This document shows, in pieces, positions 18,202 to 28,432 of a DNA stretch of 64,000 nucleotides. The notes beneath the pieces were generated by a model. That model was not told where the DNA came from and made no database searches. It saw only the letters and a list, made by a program, of their open reading frames with translations. A program made the position numbers and the translations under genes. Position 1 is the stretch's first letter. The number at the start of each line of letters is the position of its first letter. Source of the stretch: Candidatus Geohabitans tengchongensis (GTDB taxonomy: Bacteria > Sysuimicrobiota > Sysuimicrobiia > Sysuimicrobiales > Humicultoraceae); assembly GCA_031459625.1 (NCBI GenBank), contig JAVKIH010000006.1:30972-94971 (forward strand), given 5' to 3'.

Positions 18202-18340
18202 GTCCCGGGTGACGCTCCTCAACCCTGTCGACATCCGACTCATGCTTCCCTGGTCGGCTGGCCACGAAGGTCTCTCCGTGTGGATCGCCGGGCCCGCAAG
18301 GGCTCGACAGTCCATAGTCGCAGGGGGGCGCCCTCGTGAC
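18202..18340 (+). ncRNA. Candidate structured ncRNA (rod-like, 6S-like geometry)
   Basis: Nested stems CGCTCCTC/GGGGGGCG, CTGTCGA/TCGACAG, ATCC/GGAT, CTTC/GAAG, TGGTC/GGCCA and GCCC-GCAA-GGGC; G-U pairs favour the + strand. Confidence 0.35.
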
Positions 18341-18357
18341 TCCCGTCGCCGATGCCA

Positions 18358-19437
18358 TCATCTCTTGACCCGGGCCACGAAAGCGTCCAGGGCTTCCGAC
18401 CCCGCCAGCACGTGCAGCTCCAGCCACAGGCGCCGGCGTTCCCCGGGCTCCAGCACCTGCAGCGTCCCGCGGGCCCGCTCCGCCGCCCGTCCCTCCACCA
18501 GGCAGTTGGCCGGCTCCAGCCCCATCACGTAGGTCCCCTGGCCGAGCATCTTCCACTGGATGAAGCGCGGCAGGGCGCGGCCGTCCCAGCGCAGGGCCAG
18601 CCCGAGCCCCCCGCGCAGCGCCCGGTTCACCAGCGCCGCCTCGGCCACGCCGTCCGGTCCCGGCGGGATGTCGTGGTAGAAGACCTGCTCGCGGTAGCCC
18701 GCCACCGGCCCGTGCACGCGGGTGTGCTCGCCGAGCCCCGGGGCGGCCTGGGCGTCCCGGGGCCGCACCGTGCGCGCCGGGGTGACCACCTCGGCGCCCT
18801 CGTCCAGCAGCGGAAAGCCCAGGTTCACGTGGTAGAGCACCATGAAGGGCGTGGGGGCATCGGCGGCATTCTCGACCTCGTCGTCGAGACGCAGCCAGGT
18901 GGCGCCCAGCGCCGTGGCGATGGTGCGCCGGACCACCAGGTGCTCGCCGAAGACCACCGCCTGGCGCACGATCCCGCGCACGGCGATCCGGTAGGTCTCG
19001 CCCTCCCACGCCTCCTCGACCGCCACCGCCTCCGCCGGCAGGTAGGAGGCCCGGCCGTGCTGCCCCAGCGCCTCCCCGGCGTCCTCCGAAGGGGCGCCTA
19101 TCGTGGTGTAGCCGCACGTGACCATGAGCCCGCCGTAGAAGCCGCGCAGCCACCCGCGGCCTTCCGGTTCGTAGAAGGCCGGGTGGATGCGCCCGGTGGC
19201 CGACCGCCAGGCCAGCGGGATCCCCTGGAACTCGGCGTCGGCGATGTCGAGCCCGCGCGAGGGGAGGACGAGGAAGCGCAGCCCCCCGCCGGTGCGCACG
19301 TCCACGGCCTCCACGCCGGCCTCCGGGCCGTCGGCCAGGATGCAGCGCGTGGCGCCGGCCAGCTGTGCCATGCGGCCGACGCGCGCCCGCAGCGCCTCCG
19401 GCGTCCAGGTGCGCCCGTACAGCAGGATCGAGGACAT
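18358..19437 (-). CDS. Aldose 1-epimerase-fold protein (DUF4432)
   Basis: VLPSRGLDI, GWLRGFYGGLMVTCG, QHGR, YHVNLGFPL, GLEPAN. Confidence 0.85.
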   Translation of the reverse strand: MSSILLYGRTWTPEALRARVGRMAQLAGATRCILADGPEAGVEAVDVRTGGGLRFLVLPSRGLDIADAEFQGIPLAWRSATGRIHPAFYEPEGRGWLRGFYGGLMVTCGYTTIGAPSEDAGEALGQHGRASYLPAEAVAVEEAWEGETYRIAVRGIVRQAVVFGEHLVVRRTIATALGATWLRLDDEVENAADAPTPFMVLYHVNLGFPLLDEGAEVVTPARTVRPRDAQAAPGLGEHTRVHGPVAGYREQVFYHDIPPGPDGVAEAALVNRALRGGLGLALRWDGRALPRFIQWKMLGQGTYVMGLEPANCLVEGRAAERARGTLQVLEPGERRRLWLELHVLAGSEALDAFVARVKR

Positions 19438-19497
19438 GAGTTGTCTGCCGTCGCAGTCGTCCACTTCGGTCCGGGCGGAGGCTTCCCCTGCGTGCCC

Positions 19498-20451
19498 TCA
19501 GGCCCGCACCGCGGCCGTCTCCATGAAGCGCAGCGTCTCCCCGAGTGGACGCACCCCGGCGGCGCCGCCCAGCGCCGTCACGCACAGGGCGCCGGCGGCG
19601 TTGGCCAGGCGGGTGGTGCGTTCCAGGTCCCACCCCATGAGGGTGCCGGCCAGGAAGCCGCCGCAGAAGGCATCTCCGGCGCCGGTGGTGTCGACCACCG
19701 GCACCACGTAGGCGGGCAGGTGCCCCCGCCACGCCCGGCCGTCCGGGCCGGTGCCGTCCACGTAGGCGCCCTGCTCGCCCATCTTCACTGCCACCGTGCC
19801 CACCCCCCGCGCGCGCAGGGCGGCCGCGATGCGCGGCGGGTCCTCCTCGCCGGTGAGGCGGCCGAGTTCCTCCCGGTTGCCGAAGAGGATGTCGAGGTGG
19901 GAGAGGGCCGGCGCGAGCAGCGCCATCCAGCGGCCGCGGGCGTCCCAGGCCACGTCCAGCGAGGTCAGGCACCCCGCGCCGCGGGCCCGCCGGAGGAGCC
20001 GGACGGTGGGCTCGCCGTCGAGGGCCGGCAGGATGAAAGTGCCCCCGAGGTGCAGTACCCGGGTCTGGCGCAGCAGCGCGTCCTCCACGTCCTCCTCCAC
20101 CAATCGCCCGTTGGCGCCGACCAGGTGAAGGAAGGAGCGCTCCCCGCCCGAGGTCACGGCCACCACGGTCGTGGAGGTCGGCGCCTCCTCGTCGGTCCGC
20201 ACGTACGCGGCCACGCCGTGGCGGTGAAGTTCGTCGACGAGGAAGCGGCCGAACAGGTCGGCGCCTACGCGCCCCACCACGGCGGTGGCCACCCCCAGCT
20301 TCGCCAGCGTGACGCCCGTGGTGTGCGCCAGCCCGCCGGAGCGCACGGCCACGTCCTGCACCAGCGCGAGCTGCCCGCGCTGCGGCCACTCGTCCACCGG
20401 CCGGACCACCACGTCCGCCACCAGGACGCCGACGCAGGTCGCGTCAGGCAT
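19498..20451 (-). CDS. PfkB-family carbohydrate kinase
   Basis: SGGLAHTTG, GRVGADLFG, GERSF, VDTTGAGDAFCGG. Confidence 0.9.
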   Translation of the reverse strand: MPDATCVGVLVADVVVRPVDEWPQRGQLALVQDVAVRSGGLAHTTGVTLAKLGVATAVVGRVGADLFGRFLVDELHRHGVAAYVRTDEEAPTSTTVVAVTSGGERSFLHLVGANGRLVEEDVEDALLRQTRVLHLGGTFILPALDGEPTVRLLRRARGAGCLTSLDVAWDARGRWMALLAPALSHLDILFGNREELGRLTGEEDPPRIAAALRARGVGTVAVKMGEQGAYVDGTGPDGRAWRGHLPAYVVPVVDTTGAGDAFCGGFLAGTLMGWDLERTTRLANAAGALCVTALGGAAGVRPLGETLRFMETAAVRA

Positions 20452-21586
20452 CCACCGTCACCCAGCGGCGCGCCGCCGCCGAGCGGTAGATCGCGTCGAC
20501 CAGCTCGTGCACCCGCACGGCGTCGTCGAAGGACGGCGCCGCCGGCCGGTCCTCGACGATGGCCTGCAGGAAGCTGAACTGGGCGTGGACGTGCGACCGG
20601 ATCCACCCCAGCGTGAACTTGGGCGAGGGCACCGCCGCCGGGGGCGGGTAGTACTGCACGGTGGGCAGGCGGGTGAACCCGCGCCGCTCCGGCGGGGCGG
20701 TGCGGTCGTAGGCCCACAGCCAGTTGGGGTCCATCAGGTTGAAGGCCAGCGCGCCCCGGTCGCCGTGCAGCTCCAGCCGCAGCTCGTCCTCGGCGCCGGT
20801 GGCCACGCGGGTGAGCTCGGCCGTCCCCAGCGCGCCGCTCCGGAAGCGCAGCAGGCAGACGGCGGCGTCCTCCACCTCCACCGGCGCGCGCACCTCCGGC
20901 CGCTCCGGGAGGGGCCGGGTGCGCGTGAAGGTCTCCAGGTCGGCGCAGACCGCCTCCACCTCGCCCGCCAGGTGGCGCATCAGGTCGAGCAGGTGCGGCC
21001 CCAGGTCCACCACCACGCCGCCGCCGATGATCTCCCGGCGCAGGCGCCACTCCAGGGGCCGGTCCGGGTCGACGTAGCCCGAGTGGAGGTAGACGCCGCG
21101 CACGTGGAAGGGGCGGCCGAGGAACCCCTCCGCCACCAGCGCGCGGGCCCGCAGCATCGCCGGCAGGAAGCGGTACTCGGCGGTGACCTGGTGCTTGACG
21201 CCGGCCTCGCGGGCCAGGGCGGCCAGGCGGCGCGCCTCGGCCAGGTCGTAGGCCAGCGGCTTCTCGCAGTAGACGTGCTTGCCGGCGCGCAGCGCCGCCT
21301 CCACCGCCTCGGCGTGGTAGCGGTTCGGGGTGCAGACGTCCACCACGTCGACGTCGTCGCGCTCCACCGCCTCGCGCAGCGAGGTGGTGGCGAGGGCGAA
21401 ACCGGCCTGGTCGACGCCCTCCCGGGCGCGCGCCTCGTCCACGTCGCAGACGGCCACCAGCCGCAGCGGGCAGGGCTGCCCGGCGTAGTAGATGGGGATG
21501 GCCCGGTAGGCGTGGGCGTGGACGCGGCCCATCAGCCCGTAGCCGATGACCGCGATGCCCAGCGGCCGCCGGGGGACGGCGGGCAT
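20444..21586 (-). CDS. Gfo/Idh/MocA-family oxidoreductase
   Basis: IGYGLMGRVH, CTPNRYH, GKHVYCEKPL, DLGPHLLD, VED. Confidence 0.92.
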   Translation of the reverse strand: MPAVPRRPLGIAVIGYGLMGRVHAHAYRAIPIYYAGQPCPLRLVAVCDVDEARAREGVDQAGFALATTSLREAVERDDVDVVDVCTPNRYHAEAVEAALRAGKHVYCEKPLAYDLAEARRLAALAREAGVKHQVTAEYRFLPAMLRARALVAEGFLGRPFHVRGVYLHSGYVDPDRPLEWRLRREIIGGGVVVDLGPHLLDLMRHLAGEVEAVCADLETFTRTRPLPERPEVRAPVEVEDAAVCLLRFRSGALGTAELTRVATGAEDELRLELHGDRGALAFNLMDPNWLWAYDRTAPPERRGFTRLPTVQYYPPPAAVPSPKFTLGWIRSHVHAQFSFLQAIVEDRPAAPSFDDAVRVHELVDAIYRSAAARRWVTVDA

Positions 21587-21589
21587 CGT

Positions 21590-22426
21590 TCAGGACCGGC
21601 CGGCGGGGGCCAGCTCGCGCAGCGCTGCCCCGACCCCGGCGCCCTCGTGCACGATCCGCCGCAGCGCCCGCACCATCCCCGCCGGGTCGTCGTGCTGCCA
21701 GACGTTCCGGCCGAAGACGACGCCGCGCGCGCCCGCCTCCAGCGCCTCGGCGACCATGGCCAGCGCGTCCGCCGCTGTCTCCGTGCGGGGCCCGCCGCGG
21801 ACCAGCACCGGGACCGCCGCCGCGCGCACGACGCGGCTGAAGGTCTCGCGCGAGCCGGTGTAGTCCACCTTCAGCAGGTCGGCGCCGGCCTCCCAGGCGA
21901 TGCGCGCCATGAGCTCGACCACCTCGGGGGGGTTGACCAGGTGCTTCCCCGGGGCCACGGCCAGCGGCTCCACCACCAGCGGCAGCCCCAGCGCCCGGCA
22001 CGCGGAGGCGAGTCGGCCGACGTCCTGCAGGTTGGCGCCTTCCTCCCGGTCTTCCGCGTAGCCGGTGAAGAGGAAGGCCACCACCGCGTCGGCGCCCAGG
22101 CGGACGGCGTCGGCCGGGGTGGCCACCGGGACGCGGTACGGCGCGCGGGGTGGGGCGGTGGAGCGCCAGGTGTTGCTGGCGTCCAGGCGCAGCACCAGCG
22201 CCGGCGCCCCGCGGCCGTGGAAGATGGCGCCGGCGGCGGCGGCCGCGCCGGGCGAGACCTGGAGGGCGTCGGGCCCGCCCTCGGCGACGCGGCGCATCGC
22301 CGCCACGACGTCTTCCACCCCGGGGACGGGGCCGAGGAAGAGGCCGTGGTCGAAGGCCACGACGATCCCCCGCTCGGTCCGGGGGTCGAGGATGCGGTGC
22401 AACCGTAGCGCTCTGCCGCTCGGCAT
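21590..22426 (-). CDS. Class I (DhnA/LsrF-like) aldolase
   Basis: VAFDHG, LGADAV, GADLLKVDY (Schiff-base Lys), RGG, FGRNVWQ. Confidence 0.88.
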   Translation of the reverse strand: MPSGRALRLHRILDPRTERGIVVAFDHGLFLGPVPGVEDVVAAMRRVAEGGPDALQVSPGAAAAAGAIFHGRGAPALVLRLDASNTWRSTAPPRAPYRVPVATPADAVRLGADAVVAFLFTGYAEDREEGANLQDVGRLASACRALGLPLVVEPLAVAPGKHLVNPPEVVELMARIAWEAGADLLKVDYTGSRETFSRVVRAAAVPVLVRGGPRTETAADALAMVAEALEAGARGVVFGRNVWQHDDPAGMVRALRRIVHEGAGVGAALRELAPAGRS

Positions 22427-22517
22427 GGGATCCTCCGGGTCCGGGACGTCTTCTGCTTACGCGCGGCCGGAGAGGGTTCCTCCCCGTCGCGCCGGCGCGG
22501 CTCGGCTATGATGGGGC

Positions 22518-23477
22518 GTGACGGCCATGGCCTCCCCACACCCGCCCGCACCGCAACTCGTCGTCATCGGCAGCCTGAACATGGACCTCACGGTCCGCGT
22601 CCCGCGCCTGCCGGGGCGGGGCGAGACCGTTGTGGGCTCCGACTTCTTCACCGCCCACGGCGGCAAGGGCGCCAACCAGGCGGTGGCGGCGGCGCGGCTC
22701 GGCGCGCGCGTGCGCCTGGTCGGCCGCGTCGGCCGCGACGCCTTCGGGGCGGAGCTCCAGCAGGCGCTGGCGGCCGAAGGGATCGACGCCGCCGCGGTGC
22801 GCCACTCCGACCGTCCCACGGGGGTGGCGCTCATCGTCGTGGAGGAGGGCGGCCAGAACCTCATCGCCGTGGCCCCCGGAGCAAACGGGGACGTGCGCCC
22901 GGAGGACGTCGAGGCGCTCGACCTGCCGGACGGGGTGTGGGTGGGGGCGGTGCTGGAGGTGCCCGACGGGGCCACCGTCGCCGCCTTCCGCCGCGCCCGC
23001 GCGGTCGGAGGGCGCACCCTGCTCAACGCCGCCCCCTCGCGTCCGTTTGCCGGGGAATTGTGGCGGCTCACCGACGTGCTGGTGGTGAACGAGGGTGAGG
23101 CGGGCACGCTGGCGGGGCGCCCGGTGGGCGACGCCGCAGAGGCCCTCGAGGCCGCCCGGGTCCTCCGCGAGCGCGGGCCGCGCACCGTGGCCGTCACGCT
23201 GGGTCGGCAGGGTGCGGTGCTGCTCGGGGAGCGCGAGGCCTGGCACGTGCCGGCCGTCCCCGTGGACGCGGTGGACGCCACGGGTGCGGGAGACGCCTGG
23301 GTGGCCGCGCTGACCGTGGGGCTGGCGGAGGGGCGGTCGCTGGTCGAGGCGGGGGTGCTGGCGTCGGCCGCGGGAGCGCTGGCGGCCTCGCGCCCGGGGG
23401 CGCAGCCGTCGCTGCCCGCGCGCGCCGAGGTCGAGGCGCTCGCCGCCCGGGCACCGCGTCCTGTCCAGCTGACCTGA
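22518..23477 (+). CDS. rbsK: Ribokinase
   Basis: IGSLNMDL, GGKGANQAVAAARLG, NAAP, VNEGE, DATGAGD. Confidence 0.88.
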   Translation: MTAMASPHPPAPQLVVIGSLNMDLTVRVPRLPGRGETVVGSDFFTAHGGKGANQAVAAARLGARVRLVGRVGRDAFGAELQQALAAEGIDAAAVRHSDRPTGVALIVVEEGGQNLIAVAPGANGDVRPEDVEALDLPDGVWVGAVLEVPDGATVAAFRRARAVGGRTLLNAAPSRPFAGELWRLTDVLVVNEGEAGTLAGRPVGDAAEALEAARVLRERGPRTVAVTLGRQGAVLLGEREAWHVPAVPVDAVDATGAGDAWVAALTVGLAEGRSLVEAGVLASAAGALAASRPGAQPSLPARAEVEALAARAPRPVQLT

Positions 23478-23541
23478 CGGCTCGCGGCGCGGGCGCCACG
23501 TCCCGCGCGGCCGGCCTGACCTGCTGAGGAGACTCGCGCCA

Positions 23542-25014
23542 TCACCCCTCCCCCAGCAGCCGCCGCAGGCGCGCGTACGCCTCCTCCCACCCCTCGGAGG
23601 GCCTGGGCTCGTAGACCGCCTCCCTGACGGAGCGGCGCACCACCGCCCGCAGGTCCCGCAGCGAGCTCAGGTGTCCGAGCGCCCAGGCCTGGGCCAGGAT
23701 GTTGCCGAGGGAGGTGGCCTCGGCCGGACCGGCGCGCACCAGGCGCCCTGTGGCGTCGGCCGTGAACTGGCAGAGCATGGCGTTCTGCGAGCCCCCGCCC
23801 ACCACGTGCACCACGCGCGTGCGCCGCCCCAGGAGACGGTCCAGGCGCTCGATGACCCAGCGGTACTTGAGCGCCAGCGACTCCAGGACGCAGCGCACCA
23901 CCTCGCCACGGCTCTGGGGGACCCGCTGCCCGGTTTCCCGGCAGTACTCGCGGATGCGTGCCGGCATGTCGGTCGGGCGCAGGAAGCGCTCCTCGTCGGG
24001 GTCGATGAGGGCGCCGAAGGGCGGGGCGGCGGCGGCTTCCTCGGCCAGGCGCTCGTAGGTCAGCGCCTCCTCCTGGGCCCAGCGGCGCCGGCACTCCTGG
24101 AGGAGCCACAGGCCCATGACGTTGCGCAGGAAGCGGAAGGTGCCGCCGAGCCCTCCTTCGTTGGTGAAGTTGTCGGCCAGGCTCTCCGGGGTGATCAGGG
24201 GGTGCGGGAGTTCCGCACCGACGAGGGACCACGTGCCGGAGCTGATGTAGGCGAAGTCCGGTTCGTCCGCCGGGACGGCGGCCACCGCCGAGGCGGTGTC
24301 GTGGGTGGCCGGGGCGATCACCTGCAGGGTCCCACCCACCTCGTCGGCCACCACGGGGCGCAGGGGGCCGAGCACCGTCGCCGGCGGGATCACCCGCGGG
24401 AAGATGTGCGTGGGAATGCCCAGACGCTCCAGGAGGGTGGCGGCCCAGCCGCCGGCCCGAGGGTCGTAGCACTGGCTGGTGGTGGCGTCGGTGAACTCGC
24501 AGGTCACCTCGCCGGCCAGCCAGTAGGCGAAGAGGTCGGGGATCATCAGGAAGGTGGCGGCGATCTCGAGCCCGGGGTCCCGGTGCACCACCATGGCCAG
24601 CAGCTGGTAGAGCGCGTTGATCGGCATGAACTGGATGCCGGTGTGGGCGAAGATCTCCTCGCGGGGCACGCGACGGCACGCCTCCTCGACCATGCCCTCG
24701 GTGCGGCGGTCGCGGTAGTGGTAGGGGTTGTGGACCAGTCCGCCGCGGCGGTCGAGGAGGGCGAAGTCGACCCCCCAGGTGTCCAACCCGACCGCCGCCG
24801 GTGGCGCCCCCAGGCGCCGGGCCCGGCGGATCCCCGCCTTCAGCTCCTCGAAGAGGCGCAGGACGTCCCAGTGCAGGCCGTCCGGCAGCGCCACCGGGCC
24901 GTTGGGGAAGCGGTGGACCTCCGAGAGGGTCACGCGCTCGCCGTCGAAGTCGCCGGCCATGCATCGTCCGCTCTCGGCGCCCAGGTCGATGGCCAGCAGG
25001 CGCAGCGTGGCCAC
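23542..25014 (-). CDS. rhaB: Rhamnulokinase
   Basis: AIDLGAESGR, DTWGVDF, YRDRRT, HDTASAV, SSGTWSLVG, NEGG, GLWLLQECRR. Confidence 0.9.
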   Translation of the reverse strand: MATLRLLAIDLGAESGRCMAGDFDGERVTLSEVHRFPNGPVALPDGLHWDVLRLFEELKAGIRRARRLGAPPAAVGLDTWGVDFALLDRRGGLVHNPYHYRDRRTEGMVEEACRRVPREEIFAHTGIQFMPINALYQLLAMVVHRDPGLEIAATFLMIPDLFAYWLAGEVTCEFTDATTSQCYDPRAGGWAATLLERLGIPTHIFPRVIPPATVLGPLRPVVADEVGGTLQVIAPATHDTASAVAAVPADEPDFAYISSGTWSLVGAELPHPLITPESLADNFTNEGGLGGTFRFLRNVMGLWLLQECRRRWAQEEALTYERLAEEAAAAPPFGALIDPDEERFLRPTDMPARIREYCRETGQRVPQSRGEVVRCVLESLALKYRWVIERLDRLLGRRTRVVHVVGGGSQNAMLCQFTADATGRLVRAGPAEATSLGNILAQAWALGHLSSLRDLRAVVRRSVREAVYEPRPSEGWEEAYARLRRLLGEG

Positions 25015-25031
25015 GGTCGGTCGCCCGCGCT

Positions 25032-26354
25032 TCAGGCTCCCAACGTGCCGCCCGGGCCGGCGGCACCATCGGCCGCGGGAGCACTGTCAGCCGCGGAGGC
25101 GCTCCCGGTCGCGAAGGGGTTGCCGCCCGGCCCCGCGCCCTGCCGTCCCGCCCCGCGGGCCGCGGCCAGCCGCGCGGCATAGCCGCCCTGGCGGAAGGCG
25201 GCGACCGGATCGGCTGGCGCTCCCAGCTCCTCCCGCACGACGTGCAGCAACGGACGCACGTCCGTCTCGTACGCCTCCAGCAGGAGGCGGTGCGCGCCGA
25301 GGACATCCCCCTCGGCCTGCGCGCGGCGCAGCGCCGCCCGGTCCACGAGCAGGGCGCGGGCGTAAGCGCGCTGCACCTGCTCCACCGAGAGCAGGACGGC
25401 CTCGATCTTCCCCTCGACGTTGTGTGACTGGTCGAGCATGTAGGCGACGCGCCGCGCCCCGTCCGCGACGGTCGGGTCCGGGTCCTCGGCGGCGGCCACG
25501 AGCTCGGTGAAGATGAGGAAGAGCTCGAAGGGGTTGATCGCTCCCACGATCAAGTCGTCGTCGCCATACTTGCGGCTGTTGAAGTGGAAGCCGCCCAGGC
25601 GCCCCTCGTCCAGCAGCACCGCCACCAGGTGCTCGATGTTGGTCCCCTGGGGGTGGTGGCCGGTGTCCACCAGGACCTGCGCGCGCGGCCCCAGGCGCAC
25701 CGCCAGCAGGTAGGCCATCCCCCAGTCCGCCAGGTCGGTGTGGTAGAAGGCCGGCTCGAAGAACTTGTACTCCAGGAGCATGCGCATCCCGTCCGGCATG
25801 GCCGCGTAGACCTCGGCCAGCGCCTCGGCCAGCCGCTGCCGGCGGGCGCGGAAGTCGTCCTGTCCCGGGTAGTTGGTCCCGTCGGCGAACCACAGGCTCA
25901 GCAGGTCCGACCCGACGGCGCGCGCCACCTCGATGCACTCGAGCATGTGCGCCGCCGCGCGCCGCCGCACCGCCGGATCGGGGTGGCAGACGCTGCCCAG
26001 CCGGTAGGCCGCCTCCTGGAAGAGGTTGGGGTTGACCGCGCCGATGCGCAGGCCGAGCTGCCGCGCCGCCTCGCGCAACCGTCCGTAGTCGTCCACGGCG
26101 TCCCAAGGGATGTGGATGGCCACGGAGGGGCAAACCCCGGTCAGGCGGTGGACCAGGGCGGCGTCCTCCAGCTTCTCCCAGATCGTGCGCGCCGCGCCCG
26201 GCCAGGGGAAGACGGCGAAGCGCGTGCCCGAGTCCCCGTACCCCCACGACGGGGTCTCGATCTGCAGGCTCCGCAGCGCCGCCCGCACCCGGGCCACGTC
26301 CACCCCCCGGTCGGTCAGCTGCCGTTCCAGCACGGTGTAGGCTGCGTCGCGCAT
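25032..26354 (-). CDS. rhaI: L-rhamnose isomerase (RhaI type)
   Basis: [60 protein letters not shown]. Confidence 0.92.
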   Translation of the reverse strand: MRDAAYTVLERQLTDRGVDVARVRAALRSLQIETPSWGYGDSGTRFAVFPWPGAARTIWEKLEDAALVHRLTGVCPSVAIHIPWDAVDDYGRLREAARQLGLRIGAVNPNLFQEAAYRLGSVCHPDPAVRRRAAAHMLECIEVARAVGSDLLSLWFADGTNYPGQDDFRARRQRLAEALAEVYAAMPDGMRMLLEYKFFEPAFYHTDLADWGMAYLLAVRLGPRAQVLVDTGHHPQGTNIEHLVAVLLDEGRLGGFHFNSRKYGDDDLIVGAINPFELFLIFTELVAAAEDPDPTVADGARRVAYMLDQSHNVEGKIEAVLLSVEQVQRAYARALLVDRAALRRAQAEGDVLGAHRLLLEAYETDVRPLLHVVREELGAPADPVAAFRQGGYAARLAAARGAGRQGAGPGGNPFATGSASAADSAPAADGAAGPGGTLGA

Positions 26355-26367
26355 GCCGCCGCCCTCC

Positions 26368-28425
26368 TCAGCGCGTGTACGCGCCCGGGACGCCGCCGTC
26401 CACGGTGATGGTGCACCCCGTCGTCTTCGCCGACCGCGGTGAGACGAGGAAGTAGACCGCCTCCGCCACGTCCTCCGGGAAGACGTTCACCTTGAGCGTG
26501 GTGCGGGCCCGGTAGAAGGCCTCCAGCTCCGTCTCCTCCACCCCGTAGTCCCGCGCCCGCTGCTGGCGCCAGGTCCCCGACCAGATGCGCGAGCCGCGCA
26601 GCACCGCATCGGGGGCCACGGCGTTCACGCGGATGCCGGCCTCGCCCCCCTCCTCGGCCAGCGAGCGCATCAGGTGCTGCTCCGCCGCCTTGGCGGCGTT
26701 GTAGGCGGCGCTGTTGCGCCCGGCCAGGAGAGCGTTCTTGCTGGTGACGAAGACGAGCGCCCCGCCCCGGCCCTGGGCCCGCAGCACCCGGAACGCCTCC
26801 CGGGCGACGAGGAAGTAGCCGCGCGCCAGCACGGCGAAGAGGCGATCCCACTCGTCGGCGGAGGTCTCCTCCACCGGCCGGGCCAGCGCCACGCCGGCGT
26901 TGTTCACCACGATGTCCACGCCGCCGTACTCCAGCACGAGGCGCTCGTAGGCCGCCTGGACTGCCGCCTCGTCGGTGACGTCACCGGGGAGGCCGAGCGC
27001 GCGTCCCTCGCCGAAGCGCTCCCGCAGCTCCGCCGCCACCGCCGCGGCCCCGTCCGCGTCGATGTCGAGCAGTGCCACGTGCGCGCCTTCCTGCGCCAGG
27101 CGCTCGGCCACCGCCCGCCCGATGGCCCCGGCGCCTCCGGTCACCAGGGCGACGCGGCCGTGCAGCTCGCGCGGAGGCGGCGCCAGGGTGAGTTTGTAGA
27201 GCTCGAGGGGCCAGAACTCCACGTCGTAGGCCTCGCGGTCCGTGAGGGAGGTGAAGGTGCCCAGTGCCTCGGCGCCGGCCATGACGGCGATGGCGCGGTG
27301 GTAGAGGTCGGCCGTGCGCGCCGCCGCCTCCTTGGTGGGGCCGGTGGTGACCATGCCGAGCCCGGGGAGGAGGAGGACGCGCGGGAAGGGGTCCCCCTCG
27401 GGGTCGCCCGGCCGGCGGTGGGTGGCCTGGTAGCGCTCGTACGCCGCCGCGTACTCCTTGACGGCGGCCACCGCCGCGCCTGCCAGGCCCTCCGGCCCGG
27501 CCTCGGCCCCGGCCGGCACGATGCACGGCCGGTGCTTGGTGTGCACCAGGTGGTCGGGGCAGGCCGCACCGACGGTGGCCAGGGTGGTGAGCTGCTCGCT
27601 GCACACGAAGGCCATCACGTCGGGGGTGGTGTCGACGTGGAGGATGGCCGGCCGGCGCTGGCTCACCACCCCGCGCACCCGGGGCAGCAGGTGGGTGAGG
27701 AGGCGCCGCCGTTCCCGTTCGGCTGCGGGCGTGACCCGGAGGCCGCCGAAGGGCACGCGGGGCCGGCGGCGGGCGATGGCCTCCTCCGCCTGGGCGACGA
27801 TCGCCAGGGTGGCCTCGTAGCAGCTGCGCGCGTCCTCCCCCCACGTCACCAGGCCGTGCTTGGCCAGGAAGACCGCCCGGGCCTGGGGGTGGCGGCGCAC
27901 CGCCGCGGCCACCGCCTTGCTGAGGGCAAAGCCGGGGCGCTGGTAGGGGATCCAGAGGACGGCATCGCCGAAGACCTCGCGCGTCACCGCCTCGCCGCGG
28001 TCGGCGGTGCAGAAGGCGATCACCGCGTCGGGGTGGGTGTGGTCGACGTGGGCGAAGGGCAGGAAGGCGTGCAGGAGCGTCTCGATGGACGGTCGGGGGT
28101 AGTCGGGCCGCAGGAGGCAGCGCTGGAGGTAGTCCACCATCTCCTCGTCGGAGAGGTGGTCCCGTGCTTCGAGCAGCAGGACCTCGTCCAGGCGCAGGCC
28201 GGCGAAGTCGCGCACGGTGGCGGTGCGCATGTCCGAGCCGCTGCCCTTGATCCACAGCGTGCGCACCCGGCGCCCGGTGTGGTCCACCTCCTCCGCCTTG
28301 GCCGAGGTGTTGCCGCCCTTCCAGTTGACGATGGTGGGGTCCTGTCCCAGGAGCCGGGAGCGGTAGACGAGCTGCTCCAGGGGAGTGCGTCCGTGGACCT
28401 CCGCCTCCGACCACGCCGGCCGCAT
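26368..28425 (-). CDS. rhaD: Bifunctional rhamnulose-1-phosphate aldolase / short-chain dehydrogenase
   Basis: GGNTSAK, KGSGSD, SIETLLH, HTHPD, CPDH; C-terminal [20 protein letters not shown]. Confidence 0.9.
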   Translation of the reverse strand: MRPAWSEAEVHGRTPLEQLVYRSRLLGQDPTIVNWKGGNTSAKAEEVDHTGRRVRTLWIKGSGSDMRTATVRDFAGLRLDEVLLLEARDHLSDEEMVDYLQRCLLRPDYPRPSIETLLHAFLPFAHVDHTHPDAVIAFCTADRGEAVTREVFGDAVLWIPYQRPGFALSKAVAAAVRRHPQARAVFLAKHGLVTWGEDARSCYEATLAIVAQAEEAIARRRPRVPFGGLRVTPAAERERRRLLTHLLPRVRGVVSQRRPAILHVDTTPDVMAFVCSEQLTTLATVGAACPDHLVHTKHRPCIVPAGAEAGPEGLAGAAVAAVKEYAAAYERYQATHRRPGDPEGDPFPRVLLLPGLGMVTTGPTKEAAARTADLYHRAIAVMAGAEALGTFTSLTDREAYDVEFWPLELYKLTLAPPPRELHGRVALVTGGAGAIGRAVAERLAQEGAHVALLDIDADGAAAVAAELRERFGEGRALGLPGDVTDEAAVQAAYERLVLEYGGVDIVVNNAGVALARPVEETSADEWDRLFAVLARGYFLVAREAFRVLRAQGRGGALVFVTSKNALLAGRNSAAYNAAKAAEQHLMRSLAEEGGEAGIRVNAVAPDAVLRGSRIWSGTWRQQRARDYGVEETELEAFYRARTTLKVNVFPEDVAEAVYFLVSPRSAKTTGCTITVDGGVPGAYTR

Positions 28426-28432
28426 CACCGCT

